A DNA stretch of 46,145 nucleotides from an uncultured virus (IMG/VR IMGVR_UViG_3300042894_007218) (IMGVR_UViG_3300042894_007218), one strand, 5' to 3'; shown: positions 1 through 9,455, counted from the stretch's first letter. The notes: a model not told the origin generated them from the letters alone. Translations and numbers: made by a program.

Positions 1-234
1 ATACATTTATCTTTACCTATCTATATTAGTGGTTTGGATATTTTCAACTCAAATATAGATAATTTTAAATATATTAGTATAGAGGTAACTCAAAATATCC
101 AACATGAACACACAGATTTAAGTATTGTCAAAGAATGGTTTGAAAAAAGAAGGTACAAACTAATTGAAAGAAAATCAGTTGATAATGTCGGACAATTGTT
201 TTTTGTTAAGAAAAGAAAATATACTAAAAAGTAA
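1..234 (+). CDS. hypothetical protein, 5'-truncated by window edge
   Basis: Frame is open from base 1 to the TAA ending at 234. Confidence 0.6.
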   Translation: MHLSLPIYISGLDIFNSNIDNFKYISIEVTQNIQHEHTDLSIVKEWFEKRRYKLIERKSVDNVGQLFFVKKRKYTKK

Positions 235-457
235 ATTCATCAAATCTTGAAATGTGATTTTCACTGACTTTTTCAGGAAGACCTTGATGTTTAGTTTTGG
301 CAAAATCTCTCAATTTTTTTAAACCCTTTCTTTTCCCTTTTTTCAAAAATGACTTTGCTAATTTCTTTACTGATGGTGATGCATCTTCCATTTCGCCTTT
401 TGCCCAAGCGTATGCCATGCCCATTAATCTTTGTTGTTTTTTTGAAGTTGATGGCAT
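224..457 (-). CDS. DUF3008-like small basic protein
   Basis: MPSTSKKQQRLMGMA...LRDFAKTKHQGLPEKV resembles the DUF3008 pattern (recalled). Confidence 0.6.
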   Translation of the reverse strand: MPSTSKKQQRLMGMAYAWAKGEMEDASPSVKKLAKSFLKKGKRKGLKKLRDFAKTKHQGLPEKVSENHISRFDEFTF

Positions 458-502
458 GGAAAGTATAAATTTTTATTATATATAAAAAAATAATTTAATA
501 TT

Positions 503-715
503 ATGTCAAAATTGAGAAACGGTGGAATTATTTCCAAAGAAGAATATGTAGGTAAAACATTACAAGAAGCAACTAAATACGCAGAAGATGGTGGTTTTGT
601 TACTAGAATAGTTGAAACAGATGGTCATGCAAAAATGTTAGATATGTCTGTAAATCCAAAAAGATTAAATTTTAGAGTAAATAAAGAATTTGTTACCGAC
701 GTATTTGGTGGATAA
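503..715 (+). CDS. small protein, peptidase inhibitor I78/potato-I-like
   Basis: YVGKT...MLDMSVNPKRLNFRV...VTDVFGG resembles the I78 pattern. Confidence 0.5.
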   Translation: MSKLRNGGIISKEEYVGKTLQEATKYAEDGGFVTRIVETDGHAKMLDMSVNPKRLNFRVNKEFVTDVFGG

Positions 716-731
716 AATAATTTAATAAAAA

Positions 732-763
732 TTTGGTAGATTTAAAACATTTTACTAATTTTG
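732..763 (+). promoter_or_regulatory. Bacteroidota sigma-A-type promoter for leader 1/tRNA operon 1
   Basis: TTTG-N20-TAATTTTG. Confidence 0.75.
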
Positions 764-820
764 TATAAGATAATGACAAATAATTAAAAAGAGAGTTTAA
801 CAATTCAATATATAACAACA

Positions 821-922
821 ATGAGAGCAATTCGCACACATAAGCATTTTAGTAAATCGTCGAAGTGGTTTAGTCACTCCGGTTCGGTACTAAAAGAGTA
901 TTGCTCAAATTTAGAAGTGTAA
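821..922 (+). CDS. attenuator leader peptide 1 (MRAIRTHKHFSKSSKWFSHSGSVLKEYCSNLEV)
   Basis: 33-aa ORF; R/H/K/F/S/W run matches downstream tRNAs; GGTTCGG (881-887) complements the terminator arm. Confidence 0.85.
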   Translation: MRAIRTHKHFSKSSKWFSHSGSVLKEYCSNLEV

Positions 923-947
923 TAACTTATAAAAGACAATATAATTT

Positions 948-980
948 AACCCGAACCTCGAAAGAAGTTCGGGTTTTTTT
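948..980 (+). terminator. intrinsic terminator (attenuator 1)
   Basis: AACCCGAAC/GTTCGGGTT stem plus T7 run. Confidence 0.9.
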
Positions 981-995
981 ATTAATAAAAAAATT

Positions 996-1068
996 GGAAT
1001 GGTGGCAGATTAGGTAATTGCGCTGGACTGAAAATCCAGAGGAGTGGGCTCGATACCCACCCGTTCCA
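996..1068 (+). tRNA. tRNA-Phe(GAA)
   Basis: Cloverleaf; ctgga CT GAA AA tccag. Confidence 0.9.
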
Positions 1069-1078
1069 CAAAAAATAT

Positions 1079-1154
1079 GATCTCGTAGCTCAGCAGGTTT
1101 TAGAGCACCTCACTTTTAATGAGGGGGTCGTGGGTTCGAGCCCCACCGGGATCA
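1079..1154 (+). tRNA. tRNA-Lys(TTT)
   Basis: cctca CT TTT AA tgagg; TTCGA T-loop. Confidence 0.95.
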
Positions 1155-1156
1155 CT

Positions 1157-1229
1157 GTGAATGTAGCTCAATTGGTAGAGCGCTTGATTGTGATTCAAGA
1201 GGTAGCGGGATCGTAACCCGTCATTCACC
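1157..1229 (+). tRNA. tRNA-His(GTG)
   Basis: cttga TT GTG AT tcaag; C73. Confidence 0.9.
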
Positions 1230-1233
1230 AAAT

Positions 1234-1304
1234 ACGTCATACAGACAAGGTGTCGGTCAGGTCTCCAAAACCTCGACGGCTGGGTTCAATTCCTAGATGG
1301 CGTG
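1234..1304 (+). tRNA. tRNA-Trp(CCA)
   Basis: aggt CT CCA AA acct; acceptor acgtcat/atggcgt. Confidence 0.8.
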
Positions 1305-1309
1305 CTAAT

Positions 1310-1382
1310 AGTTTCATCGTCTAACCGAATAGGACACACGGCTACGAACCGTGAAGTGAGAGTTTGAGTCTTTCTGAAACTA
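1310..1382 (+). tRNA. tRNA-Arg(ACG)
   Basis: cacgg CT ACG AA ccgtg; atypical T-loop TTTGA. Confidence 0.8.
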
Positions 1383-1390
1383 CAAAATAA

Positions 1391-1477
1391 GGAGAGTTGG
1401 TAGAGTGGTTGATTACACCGGTCTTGAAAACCGGAAAACTTGAAAGGGTTTCCAGGGTTCGAATCCCTGACTCTCCT
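1391..1477 (+). tRNA. tRNA-Ser(TGA)
   Basis: ccggt CT TGA AA accgg; long variable arm. Confidence 0.95.
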
Positions 1478-1488
1478 CTAAATTTTAC

Positions 1489-1570
1489 GGAGAATAAACT
1501 AATCTGGTGATTAGAGCCGCCTGCTAAGCGAGTTGCACGTACATTTGTGTGGGGTTCAATTCCTCTCCGC
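1489..1570 (+). tRNA. tRNA-Ser(GCT), 3' acceptor strand shortened (possible pseudogene)
   Basis: cgc CT GCT AA gcg with long variable arm; only a few nt follow the T-arm before the convergent gene's stop. Confidence 0.6.
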
Positions 1571-4417
1571 TTATACTTTTGGTTTTTCAACAATAAATTC
1601 ACCATTAATATCATATAAACCACTACTTAAGATATAGTCATCGTGTCTTTCGCCAATTACTAACCAGGATATTTCATCAGATGAATTCGAATTAATACAG
1701 TTTATTTGTAGTTTATTTCCAATTACGATGCCTTTTACTGCATCCCATCCAGTCTCATTTGAGGTGAAACATTGGAAGTTTTTATTTAATGCAAGTAATG
1801 TACCTTCTGTCATATTAAATTGCTCATCTAAATTAATTTCAATAAATCCATTTACTAACTGTGATTTACCTCTGTATATGTTATTTGCCTGTGGTGCTTC
1901 TACAAAAGAGTGTAATAAAGTATGTGTTTCTTTTAGTTGTGGAAGAGGGTGGTCAATTTGAAATGTACCCGCTGCCTTTGAAAGTGTTCCATTAACTCTC
2001 AAATTATATGCTGTATATATACCACTTCCGCCCACTGTTGGTACTGTTCCGGAACCACCTGTCATATAAAATCTTATTTGGTCATTTTCGGAAATATCAC
2101 CAAATGTCAATAAGCCATCACCATCATCTCTTAAATTAAAATATGATCTGGTAGATGTTAGCATCTCAAAATAAGTTGGGTATTGAGTAATACTTGATGT
2201 TCCTGCTGTTATTGTTCCTGAATTATTGAATTTAATTTCTGAGCCGTTAGAGTTGGTTGTAAATTCAATATTTTTTTCACCGGTTGTATAGCCAAATTCT
2301 GCTATAGTACTTGTTCCTTGTATTCTTAAAAAGTTACCTCTTAGTGCAGTCGCAGATGCTGTTCCTACAACGGTAAAGTCATATGTAGGTGTATTTGTTT
2401 TTATACCAACTCTGTCTGTTGAAGCATCAGCAAAGAATAAATTCGCATTAGTATCTCCGCCAATTCTAAAGTCAGTGTTCGCGTCACCTGAGTTATTAAA
2501 TACCGAAGTTCCACTTTCGACAACTATTCCATAGTTTATATTTCCTCCTGTTGTAGTAACTTTTAATCCATAATTGGTTCCAGTAGTCGATGTGGTTGTG
2601 ACTGCTGAAATTGCATAATTATCACCTGAGGCAGTTCCGTTAGTATTTTGACTTACTAATGTATAAGCATGAGTTGTTTGTGTGTTTGATATTGAGAATT
2701 TTGCATTTGATGAATATCCACCAACTCCTGCCACATTAGTTGATGCTTGTGTTGATAAAAGATTTCCATCTAATGTTCCTTCAATTCTGAAATCATTACT
2801 ACCATTTGAATTATTAAATATGGCAGATCCTCTAACGTCTAATGTTGCCAGTGGTGTGTTTGTTCCAATACCAATACTATCAGTTGACGCATCAGCAAAG
2901 AATAAATTCGCATCAGTATCTCCTTCTATTCTAAAGTCTGTGTTTGCATCACCTGCTTCATTGAATATTGATGTTCCGGTATTTACAACAACTCCATAAT
3001 TGATTGAAGATCCACTTGTTTGTACAAAAAGTCCATAGTTTGCTGATGATTGAGTTGATGAAACTAAACTAAGAAGACCATAAGATGATGAAGTTGTTTT
3101 TGAACTATTATTGAAATAACCAGCATAAGAAGGATCTGTTGTATTTGCTGCTGTTGTTGCAACCCATGCAAAAACAGCTTTGTCTCCTGTTGAATAAACT
3201 GGCCCATTGCCAACTACGGCCCAAAGTGCATTATTTGCAAAGCTTCCGTTATTTACTTGTGTATAAAGACCTGTATTAGTTGAAGCGTTCCCTAAATTAG
3301 AGATATAAGATCCCCAGTTATTGGTACCAAACGTATCATTACTTACTCCTGTTCCAATTGTTACATAATTACCATAATAGCTACCTGCTGTGCCAGATGT
3401 TATTGTTGTATACATTCCGTAGGTTGTTGTAGATAATGTTAAAGTGGTGTAGACACCATAACTATTTGTGTTACTACCAGTATTTCTCGCATAGATTGCG
3501 AAAGTAGTACTGGCTGTTGATGTGCCGATGTTTCCAAGAACTCCGACATCACCACTTCCAAAACCAATAGAGGATCCAATATTTCCACTGATTGCTATGC
3601 TGTAAGTACCGCTTGAAATTTCAGAATGTATACCTGTTCTTATAGTTGTATTATTTTTTCTGATATACAACTGAGTATCGGAAGATGAAAGAGTTGTACC
3701 AATAAAAACATTTGTTCCGTTATCATAAATAAGTGAATTTGTCAAATCTGTAGAAGATGACCATTTTGGTAAATAATTTGTTGTTCCTGTACCTGTGACT
3801 ACTGAAGTTGGTATATCACTGACAAGTGCCATAGTTCCACCATTATTTGGCATTACAATTGACCAGTTTGCTGTTAATGTAGAAGTGAATAATCTCATTG
3901 TATATGAGCTACTTGTAAATCCAATGTAAGATGGGGTTGGTAAAATAATATTATTTACACCAGATGAATTTCCAACCGCTAAAACTTGAGATAGCGATGG
4001 TGTTGTTCCGCCTACTTGCCAAGTTGCGTTACCAGAAGCATCGGATGTAAGAACATATCCAGATGTCGCACCATCTGTTATTGTTATGTTTGAAGTGGTA
4101 ATGCCACCAACTCTTAGATTAGAATATGAGTCAATATTTACAGAGCCTATTACTGTGTGGTCATCGTTTGTTCCAATAAGTGCGAAAGTGTCATTTGTTT
4201 CATCCCATATAAAAGCCTGAGTTAGACCAGTTCCTCTGGTAAACATAATTCCTTCATCTAATAAAGGAGCACCTGATTGGCTATGACCTAAAGCTATTAT
4301 AGTATCTGATACAACTAAACTTGTTGTATAAATCGAAGAAGCAGATCCTAATATTGAAAAAGAACCTGTTACTAACAAATCACCCCATATTTCCGAACTT
4401 CCGTATATTTTTGGCAT
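1571..4417 (-). CDS. virion fibre/structural protein with internal repeats
   Basis: 948 aa, S/T/G-rich; three 'DFRIxG..DxNL' repeats; C-terminal FQIDHPL...HSFVEAP domain. Confidence 0.7.
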   Translation of the reverse strand: MPKIYGSSEIWGDLLVTGSFSILGSASSIYTTSLVVSDTIIALGHSQSGAPLLDEGIMFTRGTGLTQAFIWDETNDTFALIGTNDDHTVIGSVNIDSYSNLRVGGITTSNITITDGATSGYVLTSDASGNATWQVGGTTPSLSQVLAVGNSSGVNNIILPTPSYIGFTSSSYTMRLFTSTLTANWSIVMPNNGGTMALVSDIPTSVVTGTGTTNYLPKWSSSTDLTNSLIYDNGTNVFIGTTLSSSDTQLYIRKNNTTIRTGIHSEISSGTYSIAISGNIGSSIGFGSGDVGVLGNIGTSTASTTFAIYARNTGSNTNSYGVYTTLTLSTTTYGMYTTITSGTAGSYYGNYVTIGTGVSNDTFGTNNWGSYISNLGNASTNTGLYTQVNNGSFANNALWAVVGNGPVYSTGDKAVFAWVATTAANTTDPSYAGYFNNSSKTTSSSYGLLSLVSSTQSSANYGLFVQTSGSSINYGVVVNTGTSIFNEAGDANTDFRIEGDTDANLFFADASTDSIGIGTNTPLATLDVRGSAIFNNSNGSNDFRIEGTLDGNLLSTQASTNVAGVGGYSSNAKFSISNTQTTHAYTLVSQNTNGTASGDNYAISAVTTTSTTGTNYGLKVTTTGGNINYGIVVESGTSVFNNSGDANTDFRIGGDTNANLFFADASTDRVGIKTNTPTYDFTVVGTASATALRGNFLRIQGTSTIAEFGYTTGEKNIEFTTNSNGSEIKFNNSGTITAGTSSITQYPTYFEMLTSTRSYFNLRDDGDGLLTFGDISENDQIRFYMTGGSGTVPTVGGSGIYTAYNLRVNGTLSKAAGTFQIDHPLPQLKETHTLLHSFVEAPQANNIYRGKSQLVNGFIEINLDEQFNMTEGTLLALNKNFQCFTSNETGWDAVKGIVIGNKLQINCINSNSSDEISWLVIGERHDDYILSSGLYDINGEFIVEKPKV

Positions 4418-4432
4418 ATTATCTTATTTATT

Positions 4433-6766
4433 TTATCCTATTATTACAATTTTTATATTTGATAGGTTTTGAGTAAACCTAACCGCAACTGAGTTACTAT
4501 CTGAAATACTTACATCTCCGATTATCATAAATCCGGATGAATCATATGTTTGAACAATTACCTCATCTGTTCCAAGTGAATGTGTTATTGTTTGTGAAAC
4601 AGATGCTGTGAAGCTGGCTACTGTAGCGTATTTTGAAGTAGATGTTCCAACTTGTGAATCAACATATCCTTTTGTAACAAGTGAGTAAGTTGTGAAGTTA
4701 GCTGAGTAATCATCATAATAAACAAGTCCTTTTGATGAAAACTCATCTTCGATAATCATTGTGTTATTTGAAGATCCATCACCTAGTCCAATAGTCTGAT
4801 TTGATTTATAAATCTGTATGATGCTTTGGCTTAATCCATTATTTATGTACATAAACGAACCATTTGTATTTGCCTCAAATACTGAGTTATTTCCAGTAGA
4901 ATCTTGGTAAAATAAAGAAATGTTAGTAATACTTGAATTTAGTTGTGAGAAATTAAAACCATCCGTTGTTCCTAAAGTAGTTCCATTTCCTAAGAACACG
5001 TAGTCATATTCAGTTGAGTTTGAAGCAGTAAGGCTTATCTGATTTGCTCCTTCAACTTTGAAATCGAAATTGTTACCATTTATTAAAGTGTTTTGTGAAA
5101 GTGTTCCGCCTAAATAAATTTGGTCTGAAATAATTTGTAATCCGTTTCCGACATTCACATCTAATGTTACTGTACCTGAAGTTCCACCTCCACTTAATCC
5201 GTCACCAGCAACAACTTCAGAAACAAAGTCATTATTGATAGAATTAATTGTTGACCAAATAGATGCTGTTCCTAAATCAACATAATTTTTATCAACAAGT
5301 GAGTAAGTAACAAATGTTGATGAATAATCGAAGGCATATTGTAGACCCTCACCATTTGACACTGATATTGATGCTGAGCCAACTCCTATATTCAAACTTA
5401 AATTACTTACTAAAATTATATCTTCATCATCTAATTGTATATAAGCTTTATTTAAATTTCCATTATCGGTTGAAATTACTACGGTATCTGGCGCATAGTC
5501 TAAATTAATTTGACCACCACCTCTTACTGAATATAGAGACGAGCCGGTTCCCATTTCAATTGAATTATAACCAGTCCAATTACCGAGTGTTAAAACATCT
5601 TCAAGATTTTGATACTCCGCTGGACTTGATGTCCAATTTAAATTACCTAGACCATCAGTTACCATATAACTACCCGATGCGCCATCAACGTTTGGTAACG
5701 TATATTTGTTATTGATATTTACATACTCTCCTAAAACAACTGAGTTTGTCAATGAAGCTATTAAATTCTCACCACCTAATATAACAGCATTATGAACACC
5801 TATATCAACAAAACTATTTTTCGTTGAAATTAAAACTGGTGATGCGTCAACAGCTGGTGATGTAAATGATGTAAGTGTATCTGTAACTATTAATCCGTTT
5901 GTAGTTAAGGTTGTCGAACTTGATGATGTTATAAGTGCTATTAAACTATTACTGTTTTCTAATATCAGATTATTTGTATCTGTGAAACTTAGACTAGCAT
6001 CACCTAAAGAACCTCTAAGTTTTTTTGTATCCTGAATATAAGTATCTGGAATATAAACTGAGTTATTTGCAATTGCTGATTGACCAACACCACCGATAAT
6101 AACACTATTGATAACATTTGAGTTAAAGCTGGAGTTTTGTGAGCCAATAAATACAGCATTACTTGATGTGTTTGTACTTGTGACTGAAGTTCCAATATTA
6201 GATTTTAGTAGTATCTCATCTGATGTATTAAAAATTCTTAATCTGATTTCTGAATTAGAAAAAATATCTACATCAGTTGATAATTTTACATAATTTGAAC
6301 CATTTGTAATATCAATAGTATTTCCTAATGAGTTAACTAAACTCATAGTGGCATTAGTAAGAGATAAATAATTGTAACCAGTTGTCAAATAAACTGAACT
6401 TGTGAGTGAGTTATAATCAAAATATAAAGCAGATAAACCGTTATTTGATAAAATAGAACTGGATGTTCCCATATAAATTGTACTGGCAGATGCCATATCA
6501 ATAGTTCCTGAATTCCCAACTAAAATAGAAGTAGCTGTTCCCATAAGAATGGAGTATGTCTCTGAATCATTTGATACTGATAAGACTTGAGCTAATGACT
6601 GAGTTCCACCTGAAGAACCACTTCCAGTTCCGCCAATAGGAGTAATAACTCCGGCTGAGTCTTTTTGTTTTAAAATACCATCATCATCATATGCAACTAA
6701 AAATCCTGTAGAAGGAGTAGCCGCTGTAGTTAAAGACATGGTATAACCAAAAATAAGTGAGCTCAT
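4433..6766 (-). CDS. putative virion structural/fibre protein
   Basis: 777 aa, S/T/N-rich; 'SLAQVL..N' motif shared with neighbour; 'VAGDGLSGGGTSG' and C-terminal 'ITHSLGT' motifs. Confidence 0.65.
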   Translation of the reverse strand: MSSLIFGYTMSLTTAATPSTGFLVAYDDDGILKQKDSAGVITPIGGTGSGSSGGTQSLAQVLSVSNDSETYSILMGTATSILVGNSGTIDMASASTIYMGTSSSILSNNGLSALYFDYNSLTSSVYLTTGYNYLSLTNATMSLVNSLGNTIDITNGSNYVKLSTDVDIFSNSEIRLRIFNTSDEILLKSNIGTSVTSTNTSSNAVFIGSQNSSFNSNVINSVIIGGVGQSAIANNSVYIPDTYIQDTKKLRGSLGDASLSFTDTNNLILENSNSLIALITSSSSTTLTTNGLIVTDTLTSFTSPAVDASPVLISTKNSFVDIGVHNAVILGGENLIASLTNSVVLGEYVNINNKYTLPNVDGASGSYMVTDGLGNLNWTSSPAEYQNLEDVLTLGNWTGYNSIEMGTGSSLYSVRGGGQINLDYAPDTVVISTDNGNLNKAYIQLDDEDIILVSNLSLNIGVGSASISVSNGEGLQYAFDYSSTFVTYSLVDKNYVDLGTASIWSTINSINNDFVSEVVAGDGLSGGGTSGTVTLDVNVGNGLQIISDQIYLGGTLSQNTLINGNNFDFKVEGANQISLTASNSTEYDYVFLGNGTTLGTTDGFNFSQLNSSITNISLFYQDSTGNNSVFEANTNGSFMYINNGLSQSIIQIYKSNQTIGLGDGSSNNTMIIEDEFSSKGLVYYDDYSANFTTYSLVTKGYVDSQVGTSTSKYATVASFTASVSQTITHSLGTDEVIVQTYDSSGFMIIGDVSISDSNSVAVRFTQNLSNIKIVIIG

Positions 6767-6829
6767 TAAAATAAATTTATTTCTTATTCTATATATTATT
6801 TTTGAAATTATCTTTTTAGAATTGAAACA

Positions 6830-6855
6830 AAAAAACCACTCTTTTGAGTGGTTTG
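6830..6855 (-). terminator. intrinsic terminator
   Basis: aaaccactc/gagtggttt stem with A-run (T-run on minus strand). Confidence 0.7.
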
Positions 6856-6858
6856 AAT

Positions 6859-7221
6859 TTAATATTTTGGTATTTTCATATCTGATGATATTTCAATTTT
6901 GAATCCAAAACCAGTATCTTCATCTGTAGAATATTTAACTTCTGAATCATAGCCATTGTTTCCGTTAAAAGTAATTGGATTTGGTCCATTTACTCTTTGT
7001 TGTCTTCTCATTATTTCATCATTTCTTTTTGCTTCTTCTTGAGCAACTATTTCTTCAAATGTTAGTTCCTTTTTCTGAGGCACTGGTTGATTTGGAATCG
7101 AAGAATATTGTTGAGGTTCATGTCCATATTTTCTTAAGAGTTGTTCAGCTTCCCAACCAGTAATTTCTCTTTCTGATTCAACGTGTTGTTGGTCTACTAT
7201 TCTTGCTTGTGGTCTTTCCAT
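6859..7221 (-). CDS. hypothetical protein
   Basis: ORF in a minus-strand operon. Confidence 0.7.
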   Translation of the reverse strand: MERPQARIVDQQHVESEREITGWEAEQLLRKYGHEPQQYSSIPNQPVPQKKELTFEEIVAQEEAKRNDEIMRRQQRVNGPNPITFNGNNGYDSEVKYSTDEDTGFGFKIEISSDMKIPKY

Positions 7222-7229
7222 AACTTTTG

Positions 7230-7640
7230 CTATTTTTTGATTGAGACGATAATATCTATTTCGTCTCTTCTATTTGCTTTTATTTTTATATCTGCATTGG
7301 CGGAAAATTTATCAATAATCCTAATTGTAGCAACTTCAATTTCGTCATACAATTCTGACAATTTTTCATTTTTCATCTTTAGAAATTCTAAATTAGTTTC
7401 AACTTTTCCTATATAAAGGTTCGATCCAATAGGTTGAGGCAGGGTAATAATTTTACCCAGACCTATATTTAAAATATAAATTAAATCTGGATTATGAGAT
7501 AGAGTGCGTTCATATGAATCCGCAATGTGTATTTCTTTATTAACTTCAAAGTTTGAGTTTTCTAAAATATCTAAAAAACAATCTTCTAAATATCTCAAAT
7601 CTTCATCACTACTTTCAAATATCTTTTTTAAATGTTTCAT
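7230..7640 (-). CDS. hypothetical protein with MKHLKKIFES N-terminal motif
   Basis: ORF; shared N-terminal motif. Confidence 0.75.
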   Translation of the reverse strand: MKHLKKIFESSDEDLRYLEDCFLDILENSNFEVNKEIHIADSYERTLSHNPDLIYILNIGLGKIITLPQPIGSNLYIGKVETNLEFLKMKNEKLSELYDEIEVATIRIIDKFSANADIKIKANRRDEIDIIVSIKK

Positions 7641-7654
7641 GTATTATATATTAA

Positions 7655-8221
7655 TTATTGTTTATATCTGCGTTGTAAAATAATCAGTTGAACTTCAGCC
7701 TCAATATAGGTATCGAATCTATAATCTTCACCGGTATTCAAATCACATATTTCTATCCAATTCAATTGATTGTTTTCACCAATTGTTCCATCTATTATAG
7801 ATATTGTTTTTGATCCAGCATCTACTCTGGCTTGTAAGCATTGAGAACCAGTTGATTTATTGAGATGCCAATCTTGCCACTCTAAATCTTTCCAAAATTT
7901 AATATTTTTAGATTTTAATTCTTCTAAAAAATCAATTTTAATAAGTGATAAGTAAATACTATCATCTAAAGTAATCTGATTGTGTCTGATTTTTTCAACT
8001 TCTTTTGAAACATTAAGAATAGACCATCCAATATCTTCTAATGCGCTTCTAACAGCCTCTATATCATCTTTATCACATTCTGTTTTTCTGTTTAAATCAC
8101 AAATTAATATACCATATGAACTTTCATAAACAATCTCAGGTTCATTATCTGTTAAGATATACATGTATTCTAAAATATTAGAATGAGATTCAAAAATTTT
8201 ATATGATTTTAAATGTTTCAT
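7655..8221 (-). CDS. hypothetical protein with MKHLKSYKIFES motif
   Basis: ORF; shared N-terminal motif. Confidence 0.75.
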   Translation of the reverse strand: MKHLKSYKIFESHSNILEYMYILTDNEPEIVYESSYGILICDLNRKTECDKDDIEAVRSALEDIGWSILNVSKEVEKIRHNQITLDDSIYLSLIKIDFLEELKSKNIKFWKDLEWQDWHLNKSTGSQCLQARVDAGSKTISIIDGTIGENNQLNWIEICDLNTGEDYRFDTYIEAEVQLIILQRRYKQ

Positions 8222-8685
8222 AATCTTCTTAATTGTATTGCATTTCCACCCTGTCTTACTGAAAATCCTTCTGGTGGATTCATATCTAAATACCTTTTAT
8301 ATATTCTGGTTCTGGAGGTAACAAAGTGTTTTTCTGTATCTTTTGCTAATCCAACAAAGAATATTTCTTTAGTCCAATTACATCTTTTTGTAAAATCATT
8401 TAAGATATCTCCAAAAACTGTTTGAAGAACTCTATACGGATTTACATTTACAATTTTATAAGCAGTATAAGAACCTTCATCTTCTACATAATAAAGTAGT
8501 TCATAAACATTACTTAACTCGCCTGGCTTTCTTACAGGAATGTTTTTAAACTCAACTAAATATCGATTTCCAATGACATCTTCAAATTTATATTTGATTA
8601 AAAAAGGATTATCAGATTCTAATTCAAAATGATAAGATTGAACTTCTTCTAATAAAAATTGAAAAAAATGTGACAAGTATTTCAT
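8218..8685 (-). CDS. hypothetical protein
   Basis: ORF preceded by AATATATA; overlaps the next start. Confidence 0.75.
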   Translation of the reverse strand: MKYLSHFFQFLLEEVQSYHFELESDNPFLIKYKFEDVIGNRYLVEFKNIPVRKPGELSNVYELLYYVEDEGSYTAYKIVNVNPYRVLQTVFGDILNDFTKRCNWTKEIFFVGLAKDTEKHFVTSRTRIYKRYLDMNPPEGFSVRQGGNAIQLRRL

Positions 8686-8769
8686 TAAAAGTATATATTA
8701 ATTGAAAAAATTCTTTAATTTATAAGAAAAGAGAAAACTTTTTTATATATACACATACAATTAGAACAT

Positions 8770-8842
<73 letters not shown>

Positions 8843-8861
8843 CTAAAAAAATTAAAAAAGT

Positions 8862-8933
8862 ATGAATAAATTAGCAACATATTATTACGAAGCCGAGGGT
8901 TTAAACCCAGTCGGACGAGTTTGTGTGTTGTAA
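8862..8933 (+). CDS. attenuator leader peptide 2 (MNKLATYYYEAEGLNPVGRVCVL)
   Basis: YYYEAE run precedes tRNA-Glu and tRNA-Tyr; antiterminator 8910-8924. Confidence 0.85.
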   Translation: MNKLATYYYEAEGLNPVGRVCVL

Positions 8934-8952
8934 CGATTTGATTACTTTAAAC

Positions 8953-8984
8953 AAACCCAGTCCGATTTTGGTCTGGGTTTTTTT
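8953..8984 (+). terminator. intrinsic terminator (attenuator 2)
   Basis: AAACCCAG..CCGA/TTGG..CTGGGTTT plus T-run. Confidence 0.85.
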
Positions 8985-9007
8985 ATTTTAAAAATATTTT
9001 AAAAAGA

Positions 9008-9039
9008 TTTGGTGTATTTGAAAAGTTACCTTATCTTTG
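9008..9039 (+). promoter_or_regulatory. Bacteroidota-type promoter between attenuator 2 and tRNA-Glu
   Basis: TTTG-N20-TATCTTTG. Confidence 0.7.
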
Positions 9040-9094
9040 TAAAACAAAAGAGGTAAATATAAATCCAAGTAACCCCTTGGTTTTTTACTAACTT

Positions 9095-9166
9095 GGTCCC
9101 ATCGTCTAACGGTTAGGACGTTAGGTTTTCATCCTAGAAATCGGAGTTCGATTCTCCGTGGGACTA
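9095..9166 (+). tRNA. tRNA-Glu(TTC)
   Basis: ttagg TT TTC AT cctag. Confidence 0.95.
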
Positions 9167-9177
9167 CAAAATTTATT

Positions 9178-9258
9178 GGAAGGTGGCAGAGTGGTTAAAT
9201 GCGGCAGACTGTAAATCTGCTCTCTTACGAGTACGGGGGTTCGAATCCCTCCCTTCCA
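9178..9258 (+). tRNA. tRNA-Tyr(GTA)
   Basis: gcaga CT GTA AA tctgc; long variable arm. Confidence 0.95.
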
Positions 9259-9314
9259 ACAAAATTTAAAAGAGGAAATAAACTTTTTATATATAATAAC
9301 ATAAAATAGAAACA

Positions 9315-9398
9315 ATGAAAAATTTAACTAACATAGGGGCAGTAATTATAGCGATAGGCGCGGGGCGTTTTATCGATAGACTGAGTTATGTTATGTAA
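9315..9398 (+). CDS. attenuator leader peptide 3 (MKNLTNIGAVIIAIGAGRFIDRLSYVM)
   Basis: ATA x3, GGG x2, GGC, GCA, GCG x2 precede Ile(TAT)/Ala/Gly tRNAs; antiterminator 9378-9387. Confidence 0.85.
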   Translation: MKNLTNIGAVIIAIGAGRFIDRLSYVM

Positions 9399-9419
9399 AT
9401 TTTGACTTTACATATATTT

Positions 9420-9451
9420 AAAACCCAGTCTCGAAAAGACTGGGTTTTTTT
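9420..9451 (+). terminator. intrinsic terminator (attenuator 3)
   Basis: AAAACCCAGTCT/AGACTGGGTTTT plus T-run. Confidence 0.9.
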
Positions 9452-9455
9452 ATTT

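Noticed and set aside
821..980. T-box riboswitch explanation for the tRNA leaders
   Set aside because: No T-box motif (AGGTGGNACCGCG-like) or stem I seen; open reading frames with matched codon runs fit ribosome-mediated attenuation.
1342..1623. ORF-track ORFs overlapping tRNA clusters (also 9121-9315, 9402-9737, 9450-9662, 14443-14736, 14606-14854, 36821-37051)
   Set aside because: Shadow frames of tRNA genes with no protein-like features.
2420..2960. Nucleotide repeats in the fibre gene as DGR template/variable repeats
   Set aside because: They are in-frame protein domain repeats, and no reverse transcriptase is in the window.
1728..6293. Antisense or alternate-frame ORFs inside long genes (also 12900-13562, 17083-19784, 32431-33386, 42652-43622)
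   Set aside because: Fully nested in well-supported CDSs; typical shadow ORFs.
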